Shown: positions 19,598 through 29,837, numbered from the whole stretch's first letter. The stretch: DNA of 62,961 nucleotides, filler included, from 5 parts of 5 records of this genome joined end to end with filler, not necessarily neighbours in it; one strand, 5' to 3'. The notes: generated by a model not told the origin, from the sequence alone. Made by a program: numbers and translations.

Positions 19598-20146
19598 ATG
19601 TTGTATGTTCCAATCAAAATCTATCCCAATCGGCGGAGTGTCAGAGGATGCATCACGTGTGCAGCCCTGTGGCTGGGACTGGCTTTGGCCGGATTCCATT
19701 TCATTAACATTATTGATGCGAAAGTGGCGGTGTATTCTCTTTGTATGGTGGGATTCGCGGTGTGCATAATCAATGGGATTGCCGTGATGACGCACCAGCC
19801 CATGATCAAGATACTTGATGATCGTTTTTCGGTGTATACGCCTTTTGGCTACGCCATGATTCGGTTTGGCGAGGTCTTGAGCTTTAAACGAGGGCGGGTG
19901 CCTTTTATGGGAACGTTGCGCGTGGAAATCAATAAATCCGCGCGCGCTAAATTTCCTTCGGCGCTCGGCAAAATCTTGTATTCCGTGGTGGGGTTGCGTT
20001 TTACCAATACGGTGTCCATACCGGGGTTCATGCTCGGGGCAAATCCGGAGTCTGTTGTCCAGATGTTGGAGAAGCGACGGTTGGCCGCAATTCGATTGGA
20101 AGCCATCGGTGATTATGATCCCACGGCGTTAACATCGGTTGTCTGA
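19598..20146 (+). CDS. Hypothetical membrane protein (two TM helices plus a soluble domain)
   Basis: Two hydrophobic segments followed by a beta-rich region; start uncertain. Confidence 0.65.
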   Translation: MLYVPIKIYPNRRSVRGCITCAALWLGLALAGFHFINIIDAKVAVYSLCMVGFAVCIINGIAVMTHQPMIKILDDRFSVYTPFGYAMIRFGEVLSFKRGRVPFMGTLRVEINKSARAKFPSALGKILYSVVGLRFTNTVSIPGFMLGANPESVVQMLEKRRLAAIRLEAIGDYDPTALTSVV

Positions 20147-20154
20147 TGAGAATG

Positions 20155-20199
20155 AAAAACCGGGAAACCCTTTGTTATAGGGCTTCCCGGTTTTGTTTT
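20155..20199. terminator. Bidirectional terminator
   Basis: AAAACCGGGAA-ACCCT...AGGGC-TTCCCGGTTTT between convergent genes. Confidence 0.8.
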
Positions 20200-20215
20200 G
20201 GTGTTGTGGATTGTT

Positions 20216-20662
20216 CTAGATTTCAATCTTGACAATGACTTTGTGCAGCATGCCGTCAGAAATCGTGGGCAGGTGTGCATCTTCCGGGAAAAAGATGGCA
20301 AACATGCCGGGTGTGACATCAGCACAGACCGTGGGAGCATCCTCGTAAAAGGCCAGATCTTTGGCATCATCGGATTCAGCGGTTTTCGGGCCAAGGTCTT
20401 TACGAGCCTTCCAGCCCATGGTGTCCACGCCTTCAACCACGTATTGAATGTCGATGTGGGTGTCATGCGTTTCGATGGCGGCCTCATCAGCCTTGCGCCC
20501 GGGGCCTTTAGCAACCCATGCGTAGGAGGCGTCGCCGTCGATGTCATGACGTCCTTCTGGCAGTGAAGCCAGATCTTCCCGGCGCAACAGGGCAAATGCC
20601 GCTGCAAAGGCCGGATGAAGGTTGGCGTAGAGGTCCGCATTTTCCAGTGTATCCAGAATCAT
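20216..20662 (-). CDS. YhcH/YjgK/YiaL (NanQ/TabA-like) cupin protein
   Basis: MILDTL, ETHDTHIDIQY, FAIFFPEDAHLP, KVIVKI. Confidence 0.9.
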   Translation of the reverse strand: MILDTLENADLYANLHPAFAAAFALLRREDLASLPEGRHDIDGDASYAWVAKGPGRKADEAAIETHDTHIDIQYVVEGVDTMGWKARKDLGPKTAESDDAKDLAFYEDAPTVCADVTPGMFAIFFPEDAHLPTISDGMLHKVIVKIEI

Positions 20663-22023
20663 TGTATATCCTTTCGTTCTGCCTTGAGAGCCATGAGCAG
20701 CGCTTCGTCCAGAGATGGATGTGAGAAGATGATGGAATGTATGTCTTCGGCAGTCCAGCCTTGCTGGACGATCATGGTTGCCGCCGTGGTCAGTCGGGAG
20801 ACTTCGTGACCGACAGCGGTGATGCCGACAACTTTTCCGCCTGACCAGACGATTTTGACGAACCCTTGGGTGAAGGCGTGAGCCTGTGCCATGGGATTGG
20901 CAGCCAACTGCGCCCGAGAGGTCTGGCAGGTGTCGAAATCGGTCAGGAAGGCCTCGTTCTCCATGGCACCTACACGCATGGCTTCGGGGGCGCCGTACAA
21001 GACACTCGGCACCGGGCCGGATGCGTAGGGCGTGTCGATTTTGCCAGCAGCATGTGCGGCGACATAATGCGCCTGATGTGCCGCTGCGTGGGCCAATTGA
21101 ATCTGACCGTTGGCATCACCTATGGCGTAGATGTTTGGCGCGGCAATGAAGTGCTCGTCCACCTGAATTTGGTTAAACTGCAACTTAATGCCCGCTTCTT
21201 CAAGGCCGATACCTTGCGTGACGGGACCACGTCCTACTGCGACCAAGGCCTTGTCAGCCGTGATCTGTTCTCCGGATTCCAAGGTCAGTAAAGCCTTGCC
21301 GTCCACGGAGCGCACGCCGGAAACACGTTTTCCCAGCAGGATGTCCCATTTCCACCGTTTGAAGGTGGATCGTAGTGCCTTTGAAACTTCCGGGTCTTCC
21401 AACGGAGCAACGCGATCCATGGCATCCACCACGGTGATTTTCGCGCCAAATCGGTGGGCGACCTGAGCCATTTCCAACCCGATGAAGCCAGCGCCAACCA
21501 CGATGAGAGATTCGGGCATGGTATCCATGGAAAGGAACATGTCCGAGTCCAGTACGCAGTCGTTATCCGGTTCAAGGCCCGGAAAGAAGATGGGCTTTGA
21601 ACCGGTTGCGACAACCAGTTTCTTGTATTCAATTTTTTGCTCGCCATCAGCTGTCGCGACAGAAATGACGCCTTCGCCGGACAGCGAACCAAGTCCTTCG
21701 ACAAGGTCAATGCCGAGCTTTTTGAGCTGCATGCCCATGGCCTTTCGCGTGCCAGTTAGGTGCTTTTGCACTCGGCCCTGCAACGCGGCGAAGTCGATAT
21801 TTACTTCGCCGGTCGCAATTTTCATCTTGGCCTGATTATGCAGTTCCTCGATGGCAGAAGTCGCGCCGAGCCAGAGCTTGGTCGGGATGCATCCCCGGTT
21901 CAGGCAGGTGCCTCCCAGGAAATCCTTTTCCACCAGCGCGACCGAAAGGCCGAGACCGGCGGCTTCAACGGCGCAGTCAAACCCTCCGGGGCCTGAGCCG
22001 ATTACCACGAGATCATAAGTCAT
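20659..22023 (-). CDS. lpdA: Dihydrolipoamide dehydrogenase (glycine cleavage L protein)
   Basis: GSGPGG, GGTCLNRGCIPTK redox disulfide, GAGFIGLE, HPSLDE; within the gcv operon. Confidence 0.93.
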   Translation of the reverse strand: MTYDLVVIGSGPGGFDCAVEAAGLGLSVALVEKDFLGGTCLNRGCIPTKLWLGATSAIEELHNQAKMKIATGEVNIDFAALQGRVQKHLTGTRKAMGMQLKKLGIDLVEGLGSLSGEGVISVATADGEQKIEYKKLVVATGSKPIFFPGLEPDNDCVLDSDMFLSMDTMPESLIVVGAGFIGLEMAQVAHRFGAKITVVDAMDRVAPLEDPEVSKALRSTFKRWKWDILLGKRVSGVRSVDGKALLTLESGEQITADKALVAVGRGPVTQGIGLEEAGIKLQFNQIQVDEHFIAAPNIYAIGDANGQIQLAHAAAHQAHYVAAHAAGKIDTPYASGPVPSVLYGAPEAMRVGAMENEAFLTDFDTCQTSRAQLAANPMAQAHAFTQGFVKIVWSGGKVVGITAVGHEVSRLTTAATMIVQQGWTAEDIHSIIFSHPSLDEALLMALKAERKDIQ

Positions 22024-23455
22024 CAGTAAGCTCCATGGCTCGTGCGGCCGTGGTTTCATCCAGTCGGGTCACGGGCAGGGTCACGGGTGCGGAGGTCAAG
22101 GCCTCGGGGTTGGTGTCTACCAGTTCAGCCAACTCGATAAGATCGTCGATGAACCCGTCAAGTGTTGCCTTGTTCTCGGTTTCAGTCGGTTCGATCATGA
22201 TTGCTTCCGGCACGATAAGCGGGAAGTATATGGTCGGTGCGTGATGTCCTTTGTCGAGCAGCCCCTTGGCGAAGTCCAGAGCGCGTACGCCTTTCTTAGC
22301 CTGTGGGGATGCGCTGGCAACGAATTCATGCATGCAGATACGGTCGTAAGGGACCTCAAAGTGGTCGGCCAGACGTTTGCGCATGTAGTTTGCGGCCAGC
22401 ACTGCGTTTTCAGAGGCACGGGTCAGACCGACACCGCCAAGGCGCAGGATATAGGCATATGCCTTCAGATATACGCCGAAGTTGCCGTAGAACGGGGCGA
22501 CGTAGCCGATGGATTTAGGGTAATTGTAATCAAGGAAGAACTGGCCGTCCTCCTGCTTCGCCACGCGGGAAATGGGCAGGAAGGGAACCAGTCGTTCAGA
22601 GACGCCGACCGGACCGGAACCGGGACCGCCGCCGCCGTGCGGGGTGGCCATGGTCTTGTGCAGGTTCCAGTGAACAATGTCGAAACCAACGTCGCCCACG
22701 CGCATTTTGCCCATGATGGCGTTGAGGTTTGCTCCATCGTAGTAGAGGAGTGCGTCCACCTTCCTGAGCATCTTGACGATCTCGGGCAGGTGTTTTTCGA
22801 AAAGGCCCAAAGTGTTGGGGCAGGTCATCATCATGCCGGCCACTTCGTCATCCAGCACCGCGGCCAGAGCTTCGGGGTCAACGATGCCGTCCTTGGATTC
22901 GATGGAGACGATTTCGTAACCAGCAATAGCTGCGGAGGCAGGGTTGGTTCCGTGGGCAGAGTCGGGGATGATGATTTTTGTTTTCTTGTTACCCTTGTCC
23001 CTGTGATAGGCGGCCATGAGCATGACACCGGTCAATTCACCGTGGGCGCCGGCCATGGGGTGCATGGTGTAGGCGGCCATGCCGGTGATTTCAGCCAGCA
23101 TATGCTCGGTTTCGTACATGACTTCAAGGGCTCCCTGACAGAGTCCTCCTGCGCCTTGTAATTGAGGCAGAACCGGATGCAGGCGGGTGAATCCGGGCAT
23201 GGCAGCGACCACTTCCGTGAATTTGGGATTGTACTTCATGGTACATGACCCCAAGGGGTAGAAGTTTCCGTCCACGCCGTAGTTGCGTTGGGAGAGCTTG
23301 GTGAAATGGCGGACCACGTCTAACTCACTGGCAGAGGGTAGACCTATGTCGCCATCACGCAACAGTTCAGAGGGAATGTATGCTTCTTCGGCAATACCTT
23401 CGCAGGGCCAGCACCCTTCACGTCCGGCTACGGATTTTTCGAATATGGTCTTCAT
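22013..23455 (-). CDS. gcvPB: Glycine dehydrogenase subunit 2
   Basis: YPLGSCTMKYNP, PDSAHGTNPASA, NLHKTMATPHGGGGPG. Confidence 0.97.
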   Translation of the reverse strand: MKTIFEKSVAGREGCWPCEGIAEEAYIPSELLRDGDIGLPSASELDVVRHFTKLSQRNYGVDGNFYPLGSCTMKYNPKFTEVVAAMPGFTRLHPVLPQLQGAGGLCQGALEVMYETEHMLAEITGMAAYTMHPMAGAHGELTGVMLMAAYHRDKGNKKTKIIIPDSAHGTNPASAAIAGYEIVSIESKDGIVDPEALAAVLDDEVAGMMMTCPNTLGLFEKHLPEIVKMLRKVDALLYYDGANLNAIMGKMRVGDVGFDIVHWNLHKTMATPHGGGGPGSGPVGVSERLVPFLPISRVAKQEDGQFFLDYNYPKSIGYVAPFYGNFGVYLKAYAYILRLGGVGLTRASENAVLAANYMRKRLADHFEVPYDRICMHEFVASASPQAKKGVRALDFAKGLLDKGHHAPTIYFPLIVPEAIMIEPTETENKATLDGFIDDLIELAELVDTNPEALTSAPVTLPVTRLDETTAARAMELTDDL

Positions 23456-24786
23456 TTGAGTGCTCCCTTGAGCATTTCGGCAAAGATGCCAATCTGTTCT
23501 TCACTGGTTTTTTCGGTACATGCTACCAGCAGTCCGTTTTCCAGACCATCGTAGTAGCGACCCAACGGGAAGCCGGGGACAAAGCCGCGGGCTGTTAGTT
23601 TGGCGATGGCATCAAAAGCGTTTGTGGGCAGGGAAATGGCAAATTCATTACCGAAAGGTCCCTGCGTGAGCATGCTGACACCGTCGATGGCAGTGAGACG
23701 TTCTGCGCAGATGTGGGCGCGTTCGATAGAAACCCGTGCCGCCCGTTTCATGCCCAATTCTCCCAGAGCGCACATGTGCACTAATGCGCGCAGGGCGCAC
23801 AAGGATTGGTTGGAGCAGATGTTGGATGTGGCTTTCTGGCGGCGAATGTGTTGTTCGCGAGCCTGAAGGGTCAGCACGTAACCGGTGCGACCTTCGGAGT
23901 CCTTAGTACGGCCGACCATGCGGCCAGGCAGTTGGCGGACCATTTTCTTGGTGCAGGTCATGATGCCGAGGTACGGGCCACCGAAAGAGAGCGGTAAGCC
24001 AAGGGATTGGCCTTCGGCAACAGCGATGTCTGCACCCATTTCACCGGGTGTTTTCAGCAGAGTCTGGAGTACCGGGTAGGTGGAAATGATGGACACAGCC
24101 TTTTTGCTTTTGGCCGCTGCGCACAGTTCCGTAAAGTCGTTGATGGAGCCGAAGAAGTTCGGATTCTGTACCAGTAGGGCCGCGGTGTCGTCGTCAATGG
24201 CGCTCTTTAGTCCTTCGATGTCGGTCATACCATTTTTGTGTGGCACGGTGACCAGTTTGACATCAAGGTTGGTCGTGTATGAGTCGAGCATGACCCTGTA
24301 GATGGGGTTCAATGCTTCGGATACCACGATTTTGCGCCGTTTGGTTTTACGCACAGCCATCATCAGGGCTTCGTAGAGCGCGGTGCCGCCGTCATAGACG
24401 GATGCGTTGGCGTACTCCATACCGAGCAGTCGGGTGACGGCAGTCTGGTATTCGAAGATCGCCTGAAGCGTACCCTGTGATGCTTCGGGCTGGTACGGCG
24501 TGTACGCGGTATAGAATTCACCACGCATGGTCAGCGCGTCCACTGCCGCCGGGATGTAATGGTCGTAGAAACCGGCACCCAAAAAGCTCACTCTGTCGGT
24601 GGCATTTTTAGCGGCCATGGCTTCAAGCTTGGAGAGGACCTCCATTTCGCTCAACCCTTCGGGCAGATCAAAGCTCTTGGGGCGCATGTCTTCCGTTATC
24701 TCGGCAAAGAGATCGTCAACGGAATTCACGCCGATAGTGGCGAGCATCTCCCGGACTTCATCTTCAGTATGAGGAACATACGGCAT
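23452..24786 (-). CDS. gcvPA: Glycine dehydrogenase subunit 1
   Basis: TAYTPYQPEASQGTLQ, REQHIRRQKATSNICSNQ. Confidence 0.97.
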   Translation of the reverse strand: MPYVPHTEDEVREMLATIGVNSVDDLFAEITEDMRPKSFDLPEGLSEMEVLSKLEAMAAKNATDRVSFLGAGFYDHYIPAAVDALTMRGEFYTAYTPYQPEASQGTLQAIFEYQTAVTRLLGMEYANASVYDGGTALYEALMMAVRKTKRRKIVVSEALNPIYRVMLDSYTTNLDVKLVTVPHKNGMTDIEGLKSAIDDDTAALLVQNPNFFGSINDFTELCAAAKSKKAVSIISTYPVLQTLLKTPGEMGADIAVAEGQSLGLPLSFGGPYLGIMTCTKKMVRQLPGRMVGRTKDSEGRTGYVLTLQAREQHIRRQKATSNICSNQSLCALRALVHMCALGELGMKRAARVSIERAHICAERLTAIDGVSMLTQGPFGNEFAISLPTNAFDAIAKLTARGFVPGFPLGRYYDGLENGLLVACTEKTSEEQIGIFAEMLKGALK

Positions 24787-24819
24787 AGTATTACCTACTG
24801 GTGTAATAAATGGTGATAA

Positions 24820-24851
24820 AGAAGAAGGCCGAGGCGTGTGCCCCGGCCTTG
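24820..24851 (-). terminator. Internal hairpin or weak terminator between gcvH and gcvPA
   Basis: AAGGCCGGGGC...GCCTCGGCCTT followed by CTTCTTT on the minus strand. Confidence 0.6.
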
Positions 24852-24861
24852 AAAGTTCCCG

Positions 24862-25242
24862 TTAGTGGGCTTCGGATTCGACAACCGAGGTATAAGCCTC
24901 GGCGTCCAGCAACCCCTCAGGGTCGCCTTTTATTTTAAACTTGAGCAGCCAGCCTTCGCCGTACGGCTCTTCATTGACCTTTTCGGGGGCGTCTTCGAGT
25001 GCTTCGTTGACTTCAACGACTTCACCGGTCACCGGGGCGTAGATTTCGCTGGCGGCCTTGACGGATTCGACAGAACCCATTTCAGAACCAGCTTCAAAGG
25101 TGTCGCCGACTTCGGGCAGTTCGACAAAAGTCAGGTCGCCCAACTGTTCCTGGGCAAAGTGAGAGATGCCAACAGTGGCGATTTCGCCTTCAACCATGAC
25201 CCATTCATGGGATTTGGCGTACAAAAGATCGGTGGGAATCAT
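24862..25242 (-). CDS. gcvH: Glycine cleavage system H protein
   Basis: [19 protein letters not shown] lipoyl-lysine motif; start MIPTDL after a GAAAGGAG RBS. Confidence 0.97.
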   Translation of the reverse strand: MIPTDLLYAKSHEWVMVEGEIATVGISHFAQEQLGDLTFVELPEVGDTFEAGSEMGSVESVKAASEIYAPVTGEVVEVNEALEDAPEKVNEEPYGEGWLLKFKIKGDPEGLLDAEAYTSVVESEAH

Positions 25243-25419
25243 ATCGTGCTCCTTTCTGGAAAAGTGGCTTTGCAGCATTTTTAGATGGCTGTCCTTACCA
25301 TGGGATTCATACTTTGGAAATTGTAAAAAAAATGACGCTTTCGCCATTATTATTCTTTGTTACCGTTCAAGAACTCTAAATCGCCAAAAAGCTGACGTTT
25401 TTAGTCGTTTTTTATTTTT

Positions 25420-25986
25420 TTACTTAACAAGTGAGTGTGCTAGAATTTGTGCCTTTTCAGGCGTTTTATTCGGTAAATCTGCAGGGATAAGGCAGCCTCC
25501 TACATATAATGCGCCTGTGTTGTCAGCTAAAAGGAAATCGGCAAATCGGTCAAAAGCTGTGAAAAGGCCTTCGGCATTATTTTCAAAAGAATCTGCACCT
25601 GTTGCCAGTAATCCGATACGTTTCCCGTGTAAAAGTGATGTGTGACCCGGTTTGAAGCACCGCGTTACAAAGGCGTTGCTTCGATCAATGAGAGCCTTGA
25701 TTTGTGCCGAGAATCCCCAAAAGTAGATTGGGGTGGTGAAAAGGATGACATCTGCCTCAACCATTTTTTTCATTACTTCATTGGCATCATCATGCTGCAC
25801 GCACGCTGTTTTATGGGAGTAAGCCATACACTTGAGACACCCGAGACACCCTTTGATATTTTTGTCATGGAGTGTGATTCGTTCGACGGTGTGCTTTAGC
25901 GAGTGCAATTCTTTTTCCACCAGCGTGAGGACTGTCGCTGTATTTCCTTCTTTTCGTGCACTTCCAAGGAGGGTGAGTACCTTCAT
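25420..25986 (-). CDS. Flavodoxin family protein (iron-sulfur flavoprotein / NADPH-dependent FMN reductase-like)
   Basis: GSARKEGNT, CLGCLKC...CVQHDD, TPIYFW, KALIDR; AT-richer than the flanking genes. Confidence 0.88.
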   Translation of the reverse strand: MKVLTLLGSARKEGNTATVLTLVEKELHSLKHTVERITLHDKNIKGCLGCLKCMAYSHKTACVQHDDANEVMKKMVEADVILFTTPIYFWGFSAQIKALIDRSNAFVTRCFKPGHTSLLHGKRIGLLATGADSFENNAEGLFTAFDRFADFLLADNTGALYVGGCLIPADLPNKTPEKAQILAHSLVK

Positions 25987-26165
25987 TCTTTATCCTTCAT
26001 ACATGTGTTTTTTCGTGACCATGTCTTAATTCCATACACACTCTGTATGCATTGTGAAACAGAAAAGCGCAGCAGAATATACCACTATTTTTTATAAAAA
26101 GGCGTGAATGGTGTTACTAATTCTGTTGACGATGCCACTGAGTGGTTGTAACTTGTCTTTTGCAT

Positions 26166-26861
26166 ATGAGTACAAACAAGAGCATCACTTCGTTGAATGA
26201 ACAATTCACTCTCCCTGATCCAGGTTCCCGTGTTGACGTGGAAGTGGAGGGGATTCTTTGGCATCTTGATCGTGCCGCTGATCTGGAAGCCCTGTGGGAC
26301 CAGATGGATGAGGCCGATCTCGGCGATGACGAACGATTGCCGTATTGGGCCGAAGTGTGGCCCGCCAGTGTTCTGCTTGGGCGACACATCCAGCGCAATG
26401 CGGATCGTTTGCGTGGCAAGGCATGTCTTGATCTCGGTTGCGGCCTCGGTCTGACCGGTATGATCGCCAGTTCCATCGGCGCCAAGGTGGTTGCATTTGA
26501 CTACGAATGGCCTGCGGTCTGTTTTGCTCGTCATAACGCCGAGTTGAATAACGTTCCACAACCTCTTTGGATGGTCATGGATTGGCGGCAGCTTGCCGTG
26601 CAACCAGTGTCCTTTGACTTCATCTGGGGTGGCGACGTTCTTTATGAAAAACGATTTTTTGAGCCATTGATTCAACTTTTCCACCACGCGCTCAAACCCG
26701 GCGGAAAAATATGGATCGGCGAGCCGGTGCGCACGGTCTCGCGTCCCGTTTGGGATGAATTGCGAGAACGGGGCTTTGCGCCGAGAAAGCTGACAGTGGA
26801 AAAAGTGGCCCTGTGCGGCCAAAACCCGACAGTGAATCTGTGGGAAATTACGATCCCATAG
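26166..26861 (+). CDS. Class I SAM-dependent methyltransferase (lysine methyltransferase / Methyltransf_16-like)
   Basis: LPYWAEVWPAS, LDLGCGLG, GGDVLYE. Confidence 0.88.
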   Translation: MSTNKSITSLNEQFTLPDPGSRVDVEVEGILWHLDRAADLEALWDQMDEADLGDDERLPYWAEVWPASVLLGRHIQRNADRLRGKACLDLGCGLGLTGMIASSIGAKVVAFDYEWPAVCFARHNAELNNVPQPLWMVMDWRQLAVQPVSFDFIWGGDVLYEKRFFEPLIQLFHHALKPGGKIWIGEPVRTVSRPVWDELRERGFAPRKLTVEKVALCGQNPTVNLWEITIP

Positions 26862-26870
26862 GAGGGAGCT

Positions 26871-27689
26871 ATGGCTTTTACTATTCGTGATGCCATGCGA
26901 CAATTTTCGGATGAGAATAAGGGGCAAATTTTTTCAGCGGGCGGGATTATCGATGCGGTTCTTTTGCTCTTTGAAAAGAGGAATAAAGTTCGATCAAGAA
27001 AATCTGTAATACCTTCTGATTATTCTATAAACATGATTAATCTTGGTGCGGATTATAACGTTTTCTTTTTTGAACAGGTAGATGATGGCTATAGAATTAT
27101 CAGTCCAGAAGACCATTCGGGATCGGTGATTTGGAATCCCGATGATATCGATGGGCAGTTTGTTGTAGCACATTGGAAAAATGGTGTTCTTGAGAAGGAT
27201 GATACCTTTTGGGAGGAAGGGATCCCAAGGGCTGATGAAATAAAAACCAAGTTAGAAGTCTTCCTTATGAGTCAAGAATATCAAGACGTACTAAAGCGGA
27301 AAGGTAACAGAGCAAAATCGCAAATTGATGAGGGAAAGATTATTTGGTCAGCCGAAGAGGGACACACTGTTAACCTCAGTGTAACATCGTATTATAGGAA
27401 TCCGTCTATACGAAAGAAGTGTCTTGAGCATTATGGTCATAGCTGTTTTGTTTGTGGTTTTAATTTTCAGGAACAGTTTGGTGAATTGGGTAATCAATAT
27501 GTTCATGTGCATCATTTGAATCCTTTATCAAATAAAAACAAAGTTCATGTTCCTGATCCCGAAAAGGATCTCATTCCACTTTGTCCTAATTGTCATGCTA
27601 TGGCGCATGCTTTGTTTCGAAGAGACAGGGATATATTGGATAAAGATGAACTCAAAGAGCAATTAAACAGTGCTCGATTGAATAAATAA
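26871..27689 (+). CDS. HNH endonuclease (McrA-like) with an uncharacterised N-terminal domain
   Basis: CFVCGFNF...VHVHHLNPL...LIPLCPNCHAMAH; markedly AT-rich. Confidence 0.88.
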   Translation: MAFTIRDAMRQFSDENKGQIFSAGGIIDAVLLLFEKRNKVRSRKSVIPSDYSINMINLGADYNVFFFEQVDDGYRIISPEDHSGSVIWNPDDIDGQFVVAHWKNGVLEKDDTFWEEGIPRADEIKTKLEVFLMSQEYQDVLKRKGNRAKSQIDEGKIIWSAEEGHTVNLSVTSYYRNPSIRKKCLEHYGHSCFVCGFNFQEQFGELGNQYVHVHHLNPLSNKNKVHVPDPEKDLIPLCPNCHAMAHALFRRDRDILDKDELKEQLNSARLNK

Positions 27690-27721
27690 TTTTTTTGTAT
27701 TGAATTATATCGGAGGAAATC

Positions 27722-28141
27722 ATGGGCAAGACAATACGATTTGGCGTTTCGCTTGATTCGGATTTACTGGACAAGTTTGATAGCCATTGCGAGGAGCGGA
27801 GTTATCAGACGCGGTCCGAGGCCATTCGTGACCTTATCCGTAACACGTTGGTGCAGCGGGAGTGGGAACAGGCAGAGGGTGATCTCGCCGGGACATTGAC
27901 TCTGGTCTACGATCATCATAAATCCGGGCTGTCCCAGCGATTGACCGAGATTCAGCATGATCATCACGATGTCATTCAGTCCTGTCTGCATGTTCATCTG
28001 GATCATCACAACTGCCTTGAGGTTATAATTCTCAAGGGTGATGCTGATATCATCAAGCCTTTGGGGCAGAAGTTGATTTCCACCAAGGGCGTCAAGCACG
28101 GCAATCTCGCGCTGACAACTACCGGCAAGGATTTGATCTAA
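27722..28141 (+). CDS. nikR: Nickel-responsive regulator NikR
   Basis: RFGVSL and [13 protein letters not shown] domain; YDHH and [11 protein letters not shown] nickel site. Confidence 0.97.
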   Translation: MGKTIRFGVSLDSDLLDKFDSHCEERSYQTRSEAIRDLIRNTLVQREWEQAEGDLAGTLTLVYDHHKSGLSQRLTEIQHDHHDVIQSCLHVHLDHHNCLEVIILKGDADIIKPLGQKLISTKGVKHGNLALTTTGKDLI

Positions 28142-28196
28142 ATATTTAATTTCCCCTCTTACAAAAGAGTGGAACAGAACATTCCCCCTCTCCACC

Positions 28197-28250
28197 CCGC
28201 GAAGCGGCACCAAAAAGTTTTGGAAAGGAGATGGTCTGGGGGTCTGGGGG
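28197..28250. repeat. Intergenic REP-like repeat, copy 1
   Basis: CGCGAAGCGGCACCAAAAAGTTT matches CGCGAAGCGACAC-AAAAAGTTT at the contig end (29995-30016). Confidence 0.6.
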
Positions 28251-28260
28251 CATTATCTTT

Positions 28261-29037
28261 ATGGAAGACGTTCAGAAGCAGCAGGCCAAAATCGCCATGC
28301 CCATTGATCGGGTGGGCGTCAAAGGTTTGCGTCAGCCCATTATTGTCCGGGACCGGGAATCCGGCATACAGCACACTGTAGCCGACGTTTCATTGTCCGT
28401 GGACCTGCCTGCCGAATTCAAAGGTACTCATATGAGTCGTTTTGTCGAGGCGTTGGAACATTGGTCCGGCGATCTCGACTATACCTCCTTTCGGACTCTG
28501 CTCGATGATATCGTGGTGCGGCTTCAGGCTCGAAGCGCGCATGTTCGATTTGTGTTTCCTTATTTTTTGCGCCGTAAATCACCCAAGAGTGGGGCATCCT
28601 GCTTGATGGATTATACCTGTCGTGTGGATGGCTACCTCAAGGACGGTAAGTTGCGGTTTACATTGGGCGCGGATGTACCTGTGATGACTGTCTGTCCATG
28701 TTCGCTGGCGATTTCTGACCAAGGAGCACACTCCCAACGCGCCGAGATTCGTATTCGCACTCGCTTTCACGGATTTTTATGGTTGGAAGATCTCATTGAG
28801 ATTGGCGAATCAGCCGGGTCCAGCCCTGTTTATTCCCTGCTCAAACGCGAGGATGAAAAGTACGTCACCGAATCATCTTTTGCCAATCCGACTTTTGTTG
28901 AGGACGTGGTCCGTGCGGTGGGCAAAGGGCTTGCCGATCACCCGCAGGTTGATTGGTATACGGCTGAAGTGGAGAGTTTTGAATCCATTCACAATCATTC
29001 GGCCTTTGCTGCCTTGAAAAGTCAGGATGTTGAATAA
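28261..29037 (+). CDS. folE2: GTP cyclohydrolase IB
   Basis: MEDVQ...[35 protein letters not shown]. Confidence 0.97.
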   Translation: MEDVQKQQAKIAMPIDRVGVKGLRQPIIVRDRESGIQHTVADVSLSVDLPAEFKGTHMSRFVEALEHWSGDLDYTSFRTLLDDIVVRLQARSAHVRFVFPYFLRRKSPKSGASCLMDYTCRVDGYLKDGKLRFTLGADVPVMTVCPCSLAISDQGAHSQRAEIRIRTRFHGFLWLEDLIEIGESAGSSPVYSLLKREDEKYVTESSFANPTFVEDVVRAVGKGLADHPQVDWYTAEVESFESIHNHSAFAALKSQDVE

Positions 29038-29056
29038 ATACAATGATGAGGATTGA

Positions 29057-29434
29057 ATGATGAAACGTTTTTCTCTCATTTGGTTAGCTCTGATCCTGAG
29101 TCTGGCTTGTGTCCCCAATGTGTCTGCTTCGGAGCCAGCCCCCGCCTATGTGCACATGGTTGTCGTGTCCGCAACATTGTCGGATGGTTCCAGTTCAGAG
29201 GATGCCGTGCTTGCCTTTGAGAAGGCTGTCATCGAGATGGCCGGAGGCTTTACAAAGCTTGGTTCATCAAGTGGAGGCATATTGAAAGGTGATACCGTGG
29301 AGCATCAGCAGAACGTTACTTTCATGGTCGCAGGTCAAAAAAATTTGAGTAAAGAGTTGAAGACATTGACTTTGAAGTTGTTTGGTGGTGATGGCGGTTT
29401 TATCTTGGCCTGGCCGGGAACCATGACTTACTAG
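29057..29434 (+). CDS. Hypothetical exported protein
   Basis: N-terminal signal peptide; GAGGA RBS. Confidence 0.7.
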   Translation: MMKRFSLIWLALILSLACVPNVSASEPAPAYVHMVVVSATLSDGSSSEDAVLAFEKAVIEMAGGFTKLGSSSGGILKGDTVEHQQNVTFMVAGQKNLSKELKTLTLKLFGGDGGFILAWPGTMTY

Positions 29435-29510
29435 CCATATTTGCAGAGTCCTGTAAAAGGGCGTATATTTGTGATGGTTGCTTCCCCTGACTGCAAGGGA
29501 GTTTTTATAC

Positions 29511-29837
29511 ATGTCCGACGCCAATATTTCGGCCTTGTCCGCTCTGGGAACCGTTCAGGAAGTCTCGGCTAATAATATTGCCAATGTGAGTACCGAAGGC
29601 TTCAAGTCTAGTTCTGTTGCACTCGAAACCGGCCCGGAAGGGCAGGGTGTACACGTTGCGGCGATTCAGGAATCCACCAACGCCGGGCCTATGATCGAAG
29701 GTATGGAAATGTCCAATACGGATATCGGGACCGAGATGGTGGACATGATAAAGACATCCCATGCCTTTTCTGCCAATACCGCCGTTGTTCGTGCCTCTGA
29801 AGAAATGACCGGTCATCTTCTCAATATGATTGCCTGA
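29511..29837 (+). CDS. Short flagellar basal-body rod-like protein (FlgC/FlgE-type N- and C-terminal motifs)
   Basis: ANNIANVSTEGFK and EMSNTDIGTEMVDMI...FSAN motifs; no flagellar operon nearby. Confidence 0.85.
   Translation: MSDANISALSALGTVQEVSANNIANVSTEGFKSSSVALETGPEGQGVHVAAIQESTNAGPMIEGMEMSNTDIGTEMVDMIKTSHAFSANTAVVRASEEMTGHLLNMIA

Noticed and set aside
25243-25420. Glycine riboswitch upstream of gcvH
   Set aside because: No recognisable aptamer motifs; the region is short and AT-rich.
26166-27689. Restriction-modification pair (methyltransferase plus HNH)
   Set aside because: The methyltransferase lacks DNA methyltransferase catalytic motifs, has host-like GC and is of the protein/small-molecule type.
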